Origin: Paraspadella gotoi
Taxonomy: Eukaryota > Animalia > Chaetognatha
Direction: 5' to 3'
DNA length: 64,000 nt
NCBI GenBank assembly: GCA_051294375.1
Contig: CM119263.1
Location: 16,831,777-16,895,776 of the forward strand
Made by a program: the position numbers and the translations under genes. Shown here one piece after another: positions 54,661 through 64,000 of the stretch (the first letter of the stretch is position 1; every line of letters begins with the position of its first letter). The notes below the pieces were generated by a model. It was not told where the DNA came from. It worked only from the letters and a program-made list of their open reading frames with translations, and did no database searches.

Positions 54661-57600
54661 TTAAGAATTATTCCTCCCCTTAATCAGACTATCGTAGATT
54701 CCACTGGATCGCCTTGGCGGGAGATTGGCGTAGTGCACTTCTCCCGCAGCCGCGGCCGCCGCCTCTGCCGCCGACCGCGCTTCGGCGATGATTCCGATTT
54801 GACCGATCGGCAGCGGCGGCGGCGGCGAATGCATCGGCGTCTCTTCAATGCGCGGGTGAGCGAGCTCGTCAAGGGTTAGTTGAGTCTAGAAATGTGGAAA
54901 AAAAACTCGAGCGTCTAAGTTTTTGTATATTGTTGTTGTATTCTGTTGTTTTTTTGTTTTTTTTTTTTTTTTGCGCGAAATACGTACCTCTCCTGTAGGC
55001 GAAGATATCACGCAGCCGTAGGATCCGACCGCCAGAGGGATGATTTCGTAATTTGACAGAACCGAGGCCGTCAGCGTATTGTCCACCGGAGGGAGCATGG
55101 CTTCTCTAATAAAGAACGATAGTGGATTTGATTTTATATTAATATTTACATCATCATGATAATTTATATTTTGAGTTGCAATCTTTCGTACTTACCCGCC
55201 ACCCAACGTCCTCGGGCCCGGCACTACGGAGCGAACCTTCGATATCTTATGGACCAAACTGAAAATGAGCGCCGAGGCGAAGAGAGAAATGGTCAGCATG
55301 ACCCCGACGAAAAGATAGATCTGGGGTTGAACAAAGGGAGGACGTTAAGTTGAACGAACGAATCCTTGATCGCCATCAAAATATACTAGAGAAGGAATGG
55401 CCGAGAACTTAAGTAATTGCCTCGTTGGTTTTGAGCATCTGTTGATCCTCTTTGGACGGGGATTTGCCGGGAGGGGGGCGTTCTCTCCGAATCGTTGCGG
55501 GGATTCCTGACGAAAGTAGAGAGGTAAGAAATCAGAGAGATAAGGGTGGAGTATGACGATTGATAATCGTAAGAGAAAATAGGTTTATTGAAATACAGAG
55601 TTTTCTATTAGCTGCCAGTAATTGATTAAATTTTTTTTTTCTTTTTTAAAGATTTAAGTTTGAGGTAATCATTTTAATTTCATAAAAACTACGTTTCAAT
55701 TTCAGAATTCTGCTTCTTTTATTGATGCACGAAGCACCAGGTTATCTTTTTCCTTTTAAAAAAATTTTGTGGGCTAATAAAGTTAAATTTATTTGAAAAA
55801 AAAAAAAAGATCGACGATAAGCTTGCGTCTACGCACCGGCGACCATGATACTATTGTCCTTCAGCAGCCTAAAGTTGATGCTGCGCTGCGTCTCCTCAAC
55901 CAAATTCTTCGCCGTCAACGCGAAAGTGAAATTTTTCAGGTTTTGTCGAATCGCATGGGTTTTGTTGATGAAGAGCGAAACGCGTATTAAATTTCCTGCA
56001 AACGTTATGAATATCAGTTGCGTTGTTGGATGGTAGAATTACAGTGAGGTTGTCATCGAGCTCCAACACGAACCATCCAGGAAGGGGGTCACTACTAGTC
56101 TTGGTAGTTTTGCCTCTGACACTGGTTTAGACCAACATTTACCAACATTTACATTTACAGTTACTGGCTTAGACTGAATGCTGGTCAAGTGATCATTGTT
56201 CACTGACCTAATGAGTCACCTAATGACCTAGTGACCTAATGAGGGACCTTTATAGAATTTATTCACGCCTTTTTGACGTCTTGACGATTAGAAGGCTTCA
56301 TAGAGTTAATGTGCTAATTAGGTCACAGTCGGCATTCATATTTCATAATTTCATAATTTAGTCGATCGTTTTTAATACCGAAATCCTCAAAGAGATTGGC
56401 CAACACGAGTCTCCTCCGGTGAAATGGCGACATGTCCGGACTTTCCAACCGCCAAGCGATTCGATCCTCGGCAACCGGAGGGTACGAGCGGACGGAGCAC
56501 GAAATCTCGTAAGCCGTACGATTCTCCGCCACGCCCTTGACGTCCGGACAAACGATTTGTGGTCCGTACTGGAGCTGAGTAAAATGAAGACAAATATACT
56601 GAGAAGATGAACGTAAAGACAAATTAAGAGGATGGATTAAGGATTGGTTGCTTTTCCTGCCCGTCACACCTGCAAAAGTATCTTCCTCGAAACGGCGACG
56701 TCTCTCGTATCCACGCGGATCTGAAACCACTGATGTCGCCGACGTCGACGAGCGAAGAATTTCCGGTCCAGCGTCAAGAGGATCTTCGTCCCGATGAGCA
56801 CTCGATTATCGCGGCCCAGACCTCCGTCGAAAACCGAGTCGATATCCTGTTATATAAAAAGTAAAGTATGCAAACAAAGGAAAAGAATATTAAAGTAAAA
56901 GTGAAAAAAATGTGTAGTAATACTATCTAGGAAAAAGTTAGAAACATTTTTTTTAAAAGTTATTTATTCAATAAAAAATGATCAAAACATGGTAATAAAC
57001 ATTCTCAATATTTGGTTATGCCCCTCCCTCGCATCGACACTGCTGCATTCGTCTGGGCATGTCTCTCATATAAGCGAATTGAGGTACGAAGGTGAAATTA
57101 TTTTTCACACCTTTAGCGCAATTCTTTTCAGCCCCGATGTTGATGTTCCCAGTCTATTGCTGATAAATTGTTGCGTCTCTTCCCTCTTTCTCAGAGCTAC
57201 AATTGCACCCTTTATGAACAAAGAGAGGGGCTGTCTATTCGGCATAACAAATTAAAAAAATGAAAAAAATAACTAACCTCAACTTGAAATAGAAACAAAT
57301 AACTTAATACCAAGAATTGTGGAAACTAAAGGCGATTTTTTCCGCCATTTTTCACTTGAGGTAGCAATCTTATTTTGCCTCTAACTTCTATACGGTTGGA
57401 TCTACGAAAAAAGTGAAGGAAACAACTGAAAGGAAATTTAGTGTAGAATCTGAAACATCCTGATTTTTTAAAAATCGAGCAAGTTTTCGTAGTAAGATAT
57501 CTCTTCAATTAAAAAAATGTTTCTAACTTTTTTCTAATAGTAAATGAAATAAATAAAACCAGACAAAAACACAAACAAAATACAAAACACACGAGAGCAC

Positions 57601-58493
57601 TACAAAAGAAAACAGAAACAGAAAACAGAATTTTAGTAGAAAACTAAAATAAAACACATGGGAAATAAAAACGAAAAAAACACGATAAAAAACACCTCAC
57701 CCCAGGGGTGATTTGATATATTTCCTTGAAGGAGAGAAACGCCTCTCTCGAACTTCTATCGTTGGTCTCGGCTGCGGCGAAATCTTCGTAGCGGTCGTCG
57801 TCAACATCAAGGTCGACCACGCCGTCGTCGGCGCCGAATTCTTCCTTCACCAGACTCCAAGAGATGCTGGAGTGAGGGATGTGGGGATTGGACAACAGCT
57901 CACAGCTGAGGGAGTAGAGGCGAGTGTCCTGTTCAATGACCTACGAATGTGATGATGTCAAGTTTGTGAATATAATAGAGGAGAGTAAGTAGGATGATGA
58001 TTCACGACATTTACAATTATAAAATGGTAAAATAAATTAATCAATAATTACTTACTATTAAATAACAAACTAACAACACGAACAAAAACCTGTAGCTGCG
58101 GACAGGCGAGTTTCGGCGCGAAGGTAACGTTGAGAGGGGGAAAGCGGCAAGCGGTCGAGACGTCGCTTTCGACATTGCCGACATTCTCGGACGCAGTATC
58201 ATTCCATTTCGTTTCTCCCTTTTTTCGGAATCCTTGGTCGTCGTCGTCGTCCTCATCGAAGGCGCACGACACGACTTGACGATCCTCTCGAGCGGTCGGC
58301 CTCAAAGACAAGACGCTGAGGAGGGAGTCGCCCGTAGATTGAACGTCGACTCGCGCGTTGGATCCCTGCTGTGGAGGGAGCATTAGTACTACTTGGACCT
58401 ACTTGGGACAAAAGAATACTGTTAATTAAGATGAGTCGTTCTTCTCTGTAAGTTGGCTGTAGTGAGTGAGGGTTTTAAAAAGTCGCCGTTCAT

Positions 58494-58533
<40 letters not shown>

Positions 58534-58850
58534 TCTCTCTCCTTACCTCCACTTCATCCTCGTTCATCCTCCACACCATCCTCGGTCTCTTCCTTCCTCT
58601 CGTCTTCGTCTCGCAGTAAAACTTTACTTCCTTTCCTTCCCGCAGCGTCGGAGGCGTTCCGGCGGGCGGCGTCAGTTCCGGTCCTGCGTTCTCGGGAGGC
58701 GTGGCTGACATGTGGCAGCGCGGCGAGGACGCGACGCTTAGCGTAATAACCTGAAGGGTGCGAACGACGACATCGTCAAACGAAACAAAAGATAAAAAGA
58801 CAAGAACTGTTATCAAACAACTTGACGACAATAAACAGGAAGACCAAATA

Positions 58851-58890
<40 letters not shown>

Positions 58891-60725
58891 TGAGGATCTC
58901 GAGCGACGCATTTGTAAGCGCCGGCGTCGTCGAAATCGGCGCCGCGAATAACCAAAACATAGACGGCGCCCTCGTTCGATGCAGCTTCTGCGTCGTTTTT
59001 GTCATCGTTCAGAATGACTCTGTATTTTCGGGAGTCGACGCTCGAATCGTAGAGCTCCGAGCCGAAGGAAATCATTTTGTCATCTGAGGGTAATGATATA
59101 TACTATAATCATATTTAGCAACGCTTGGGATGGTGCATTCCTCCTCTGAGCCAATGTGATTGACGGTGGATGTGAGGCGGTGTGAATATACCTTTTCGTG
59201 CTCACAATCTAAATCATTGCTTACGTGCAATCTCGACGCTGCAGAACAATTGTGTCTTGATATATAATTCACGTCAAAACTTCATTGGTACCTAAACTGC
59301 TTCCCTTTCAAGGTTTTCAATTAAGCATTAAGTATCTAACGATTTCCCTCGAGCTATTACATCTAAGTTGATGCGATAATCCTTTCTTTTTCGTTGTTTA
59401 TTGATATTAGAGAAAGCAAAGCATTTTGAATTTGTAACAACGATTTTAAGTAATAGTTGGACATGTTTCGGCTTGTTTATTTCAAGCCTTCATCAGCACT
59501 TGAAATAAACAAGCCGAAACATATCCAACTATTAATTAAAATCGTTGTTACAAATTCAAAATTCTTTGCTTTCTCTTACATCTAAGTTAAAATAATTAAT
59601 AATACTTATGGAAAAGGTTTTTAGACTCATTTTTTGTTATTGATCACTTGCAGTTCCATGATTTTTATTTTATAATTATATAGGTGCAGCTTAAGATATA
59701 TTCTAATAATTTACTAACGATTTAATTAAAGAATCTTTTCATTGCACATAAAAAAACACCCTTAGTTAATCTTGTTAGGAGCAGCTGTACTTGCCCAACA
59801 TATAGCAATACCTCTGATTCTGTTCCAGATGGCTGGCCTGTCGCTGGATAAGCATCGGAGAAACGCCGTCTCGCCGACTGTCACCATCATGTCCTCGGAC
59901 GTGCGCGGGTCTCCTCAAAAAGTATTTGTATGAATCTATGTATGAATCGACTGTTGACGGACTTTTTGGTCATTTTTCATATGTATTCAAACGTTAATAT
60001 TTACATGTTTGGCGACAAAATTGGATAAAAGAATTGTAAGAAATCCAGTTTTTGGTTTTTTTTTGTTTTTGTTTTCAGGATTTTTCAGGAAAACGTTAAA
60101 ATTAGTTATGTATATGATAAATATCACAAATTCATGTGGATAAGGCCATAAATGGGTTGAAGACTACTATCTCTAACTTCTATTCCCCATCGGCAACCAT
60201 GGAACGGGTCGAGGGCGTGGAACGAGTTTTGACGGATTTCCACGACCCCAAGGAGGTTTACGCCCGACTGCACGGTTCCCGCAGAGTAGGGACCGGAATT
60301 GAAGCCGGTACCTAGTGATCATTAGTGATGGCTTTACTCAATAAGTCTCATTCTTATAGGCGGGCTGAACTTATATAATGTCCGACTACAATTATAAAAA
60401 AAAATTATTTATTATTTATTATTATTTATTAAAGAGGTAGATAAAGTAAATTGAATTCGTTTTAATTCTTTCCGATCTACGACTGACGTTGGGCATTGAA
60501 ACACTTTGACCTCGGTCCGTAGGCGCAGGTTGAAAATAAAACTTACATGTGTGTGCGAATTTTACGATAGTTCGTGGAACTACCTAACTACGCTGCATGG
60601 ATTTATGATAACGGTGAAAGAAAGCATAAAAATTATATTTAATTATCACCTGGCGATCGAAAGGCTGATGAGACGAAAATTTGGGTGAAGGAGATGAAAA
60701 TGAAATTCGATGGATTAAAAACCAT
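54661..60725 (-). CDS. Type I membrane immunoglobulin-superfamily receptor: 4 Ig-like domains, TM helix, ITIM-type tail (~736 aa)
   Basis: Minus-strand exons 60725-60650 (putative signal peptide), 60579-60547, 59910-59812, 59083-58890, 58750-58547, 58368-58090, 57940-57701, 56846-56670, 56574-56379, 55995-55837, 55506-55421, 55320-55196, 55105-54988 and 54885-54661 (2211 nt, open frame). D1 VTVGETAFLRC..AIWNR..DDAGAYKC; D2 LREGKEVKFYC..MVWR..VVSC; TM IYLFVGVMLTISLFASALIFSLV; tail VHYANL. The first two exons are the least certain, and one intron is GC-AG. Confidence 0.85.
56923..57540. mobile_element. MITE with TA target-site duplication (Tc1/mariner-like), intronic
   Basis: ~33-bp TIRs CTATCTAGGAAAAAGTTAGAAACATTTTTTTTAA / TTAAAAAAATGTTTCTAACTTTTTTCTAATAG with TA on both sides. 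The duplicated copy shows the empty site agtaaTAaatgaaa at ~61931-61944. Confidence 0.9.
59370..59576 (-). mobile_element. Penelope-like pLTR remnant with inverted partial duplication
   Basis: Flanked by direct repeat TACATCTAAGTT (59358-59369, 59577-59588). 78-bp inverted arms at 59409-59486 and 59499-59576 with 3 mismatches. Carries a hammerhead core. Confidence 0.7.
59456..59500 (-). ncRNA. Minimal type I hammerhead ribozyme motif
   Basis: Minus strand reads AGUG-CUGAUGA-A-GGCUUG-aaauaaa-CAAGCC-GAAA-CAUGUC-CAAC: intact core, 6-bp stem II, palindromic ACAUGU stem III, GUC cleavage triplet. Stem I is weak. Confidence 0.7.
60175..60347 (-). mobile_element. Possible tRNA-derived SINE in an Ig-gene intron
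   Basis: Minus strand has a degenerate A-box (acttattgagtaaagc), a T-arm-like ACCGG-CTTCAATT-CCGGT (B-box-like), then a GC-rich self-complementary body. Only one copy in the window. Confidence 0.4.
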
Positions 60726-61823
60726 TTTTTAAAAATTTTTACAATTGTTTAAAGATTTTCATCAAGAACCTGGCAAAATATAACGATTCAGAAGAGAAAA
60801 TTCGTCTAATCAAAGTAAAATTAATTAGGAAGTTGAGGTACCGATTAAAATTTGAACACCATATGCATTTTTTTGTTTGCTACGTTTCTAAAACGTACCG
60901 CAATCAATTTTTTTTTTTGCGCCTAAGTTTCCCGGAGAGACGAATACACATCCGACTGACCGGAAACGAGCGGAAATGACGCCACAGAAAAAAAAAGAAA
61001 GAAAGAAAGAAAGAAAAAAAAACGCGCGCTGAAGGAAATTATATAGTGAACCCTCGGTGTCCGGCGCAACTGCGCGCCTGGCGAGGGAAGGGGGTGGGTA
61101 CCGAGGAAGAGGCGGTCAGAGAGATGAGGGCGTGAAGGTGAGTGGCGGGAAATAATTGTGAAATGTTGAGGAATGTCTCGAGAGAGTGAAATGCGAAGGG
61201 GGCGGGAGGGGGGGGGTCTGCGCTGGTGCGCGGTGGGGATTTGGTCATTCATGGATTGGAACTTGGTTGACGTCGGGGTTGTCGAGTAAGGGGGAGGACG
61301 TCTCCAGTTGGCGTATTGCGCGACAAAGCGGAAGAGACCAGCGCCATCTAGGGCGTGGAATCGGACGCGGCTCGAACAGCAAAGCGAGCGGAAATCCGTC
61401 CGCGCTCGATCGGTCAACCGCGACGACCCCGAAGGCGTCCGACGCTGCCCGGCGTTTTTCCCGACGCCGCCCGACGCCGCCCGTCGCGCGACATTCGGTG
61501 GCCGCCCGACGCCAGACCGCGGAGAGCGAGGAGCGGACTCTCCCGAAGGAAATCGAGGGATTAAATGGTGGGATTGCGTCACTCAGTCGCGGGGGAACCG
61601 GGGGTGAATTTCGGAGGGAGAGAGGGGCCCGGGGGCCAGGGGGGTGGTAGTTAGGTGGTTGTGTGTGAGTATAAGTTGCAGTTCGTTGGCGGAGATGGAA
61701 GAGCAAAAATCTCGCCTCTCGATGCGAAATCCGATGGAACTTTGTCCGGGTAGAGTCGGAATCAGGGATCTGGTCTCTCGCAAAAGCCACCGATTCTTTG
61801 AAAAGCCTCTTTCTCTCTCTCTC

Positions 61824-61848
61824 NNNNNNNNNNNNNNNNNNNNNNNNN
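61824..61848. other. Scaffold gap (25 N)
   Basis: N run following a CT microsatellite. Confidence 0.99.
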
Positions 61849-63247
61849 GAGTCGATATCCTGTTATATAAAAAGTAAAGTATGCACAACAAAGGAAAAGA
61901 AATATTAAAGTAAAAGTGAAAAAAATGTGTAGTAATAAATGAAAATAAAATAAAACCAAGACAAAAACACAAACAAAATACAAAACACACGAGAGCACTA
62001 CAAAAGAAAAGAAAAAACAAAAACAGAATTTTAGTAGAAAACTAAAATAAAACACAAGGGAAATAAAAACGAAAAAAACACGATAAAAAACACCTCACCC
62101 CAGGGGTGATTTGATATATTTCCTTGAAGGAGAGAAACGCCTCTCTCGAACTTCTATCGTTGGTCTCGGCTGCGGCGAAATCTTCGTAGCGGTCGTCGTC
62201 AACATCAAGGTCGACCACGCCGTCGTCGGCGCCGAATTCTTCCTTCACCAGACTCCAAGAGATGCTGGAGTGAGGGATGTGGGGATTGACAACAGCTCAC
62301 AGCTGAGGGAGTAGAGGCGAGTGTCCTGTTCAATGACCTACGAATGTGATGATGTCAAGTTTGTGAATATAATAGAGGAGAGTAAGTAGGATAATGATTC
62401 ACGACATTTACAATTATAAAATGTAAAATAAATTAATCAATAATTACTATATATTAAATAACAAACTAACAACACGAACAAAAACCTGTAGCTGCGGACA
62501 GGCGAGTTTCGGCGCGAAGGTAACGTTGAGAGGGGGAAACGGCAAGCGGTCGAGACGTCGCTTTCGACATTGCCGACATTCTCGGACGCAGTATCATTCC
62601 ATTTCGTTTCTCCTTTTTTCGGAATCCTTGGTCGTCGTCGTCGTCCTCATCGAAGGCGCACGACACGACTTGACGATCCTCTCGAGCGGTCGGCCTCAAA
62701 GACAAGACGCTGAGGAGGGAGTCGCCCGTAGATTGAACGTCGACTCGCGCGTTGATCCCTGCTGTGGAGGAGAGAGCATTAGTACTACTTGGACTACTTG
62801 GGACAAAAGAATACTGTTAATTAAGATGAGTCGTTCTTCTCTGTAAGTTGGCTGTAGTGAGTGAGGGTTTTAAAAAGTCGCCGTTCATCTCCTCTCTCTC
62901 TCTCTCTCCTCTCTTCTCTCTCTCACTCTCTCTCTCTCCTTACCTCCACTTCATCCTCGTTCATCCTCCACACCATCCTCGGTCTCTTCCTTCCTCTCGT
63001 CTTCGTCTCGCAGTAAAACTTTACTCCTTTCCTTCCCGCAGCGTCGGAGGCGTTCCGGCGGGCGGCGTCAGTTCGGTCCTGCGTTCTCGGGAGGCGTGGC
63101 TGACATGTGGCAGCGCGGCGAGGACGCGACGCTTAGCGTAATAACCTGAAGGGTGCGAACGACGACATCGTCAAAACGAAACAAAAGATAAAAAGACAAG
63201 AACTGTTATCAAACAACTTGACCGACAATAAACAGGAAGACCAAATA

Positions 63248-63311
<64 letters not shown>

Positions 63312-64000
63312 TGAGGATCTCGAGCGACGCATTTGTAAGCGCCGGCGTCGTCGAAATCGGCGCCGCGAATAACCAAAACATAGACGGCGCCCTCGTTCGA
63401 TGCAGCTTCTGCGTCGTTTTTGTCATCGTTCAGAATGACTCTGTATTTTCGGGAGTCGACGCTCGAATCGTAGAGCTCCGAGCGAAGGAAATCATTTTGT
63501 CATCTGGGGTAATTATATATACTATAATCATATTTAGCAACGCTTGGGATGGTGCATTCCTCCTCTGAGCCAATGTGATTGACGGTGGATGTGAGGCGGC
63601 TCGTGAGTAGTGAATATCACATTCTTTTCGTGCGTCACATCTCACAATCATTGCTAAATACAGTTCGCTATTATCGTGCGACGCATGCAGATCGGACGCA
63701 CTGAGTCAGCAAGCAACATGATGATTGGCTCTTGATATATAATTCACGTCAAAACTTCATTGGTACCTAAACTGCTTCCCTTTCAGGTTTTCAATTAAGC
63801 ATTAAGTATCTAACATTTCCCTCGAGCTATTACATCTAAGTTGATGCGATAATCCTTTCTTTTTCGTTGTTTATTGATATTAGAGAAAGCAAAGCATTTT
63901 GAATTGTAACAACGATTTTAATTAATAGTTGGACATGTTTCGGCTTGTTTATTTCAAGCTTCATCAGCACTTGAAATAAACAAGCCGAAACATATCCAAC
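61849..64000 (-). other. Second copy of Ig-receptor region 56836-59529 (allelic haplotig/unpolished contig end, or frameshifted paralog)
   Basis: Colinear and near-identical in exons and introns. Lacks the 618-bp MITE, has scattered 1-bp indels that break exon frames, and starts exactly at the gap. Confidence 0.9.

Noticed and set aside
56040-56100. Extra minus-strand micro-exon (SDPLPGWFVLELDDNLT) in the Ig gene
   Set aside because: Phases do not fit the flanking phase-1 junction and the downstream intron would be under 50 nt.
56200-56250. tgacctaatga-type short tandem repeats in an intron
   Set aside because: Small decayed minisatellite with no further structure.
59110-59272. Discordant segment between the two Ig copies as a hypervariable V-domain exon
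   Set aside because: The first half of the V domain is at 59910-59812 and splices in phase to 59083, so this patch is intronic; probably poor consensus or allelic divergence.
60923-61790. Overlapping 150-220 aa ORFs on both strands
   Set aside because: GC-rich, stop-poor sequence with no domain signature or convincing splice structure.

Overview
Animal (invertebrate, probably protostome; inference) genomic DNA: AT-rich, dense in (GA)n/(CT)n microsatellites, with short introns and a 25-N scaffold gap. Joining exons by hand on splice sites and reading phase gives six gene models. (1) The 3' part of a small RG-rich + WAP four-disulfide protein (674-1216, +). (2) A Dispatched-family RND/SSD protein (5703-9829, +). 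(3) A PTB/PID-domain adaptor (10236-13415, +). (4) An allatostatin-A/galanin-like class A GPCR with altered activation motifs (40190-43419, +). (5) A ~1464-aa disordered/coiled-coil protein with FPPPP and SxIP motifs (48515-53723, +). (6) A 14-exon, 4-Ig-domain membrane receptor with ITIM-type tyrosine motifs and a GC-AG intron just before the TM exon (54661-60725, -). After the gap, 61849-64000 is a second, indel-ridden copy of part of the Ig gene that lacks a TA-flanked MITE; it is probably an allelic haplotig. Non-coding highlights are a TSD-flanked Penelope-like hairpin insertion with a minimal hammerhead ribozyme core, a ~190-nt dispersed repeat that looks like a structured RNA, a second dispersed repeat family, two TIR elements, and ~27 kb with no recognisable coding exons upstream of the GPCR. 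All gene models and family calls are from manual reading; no searches were run.
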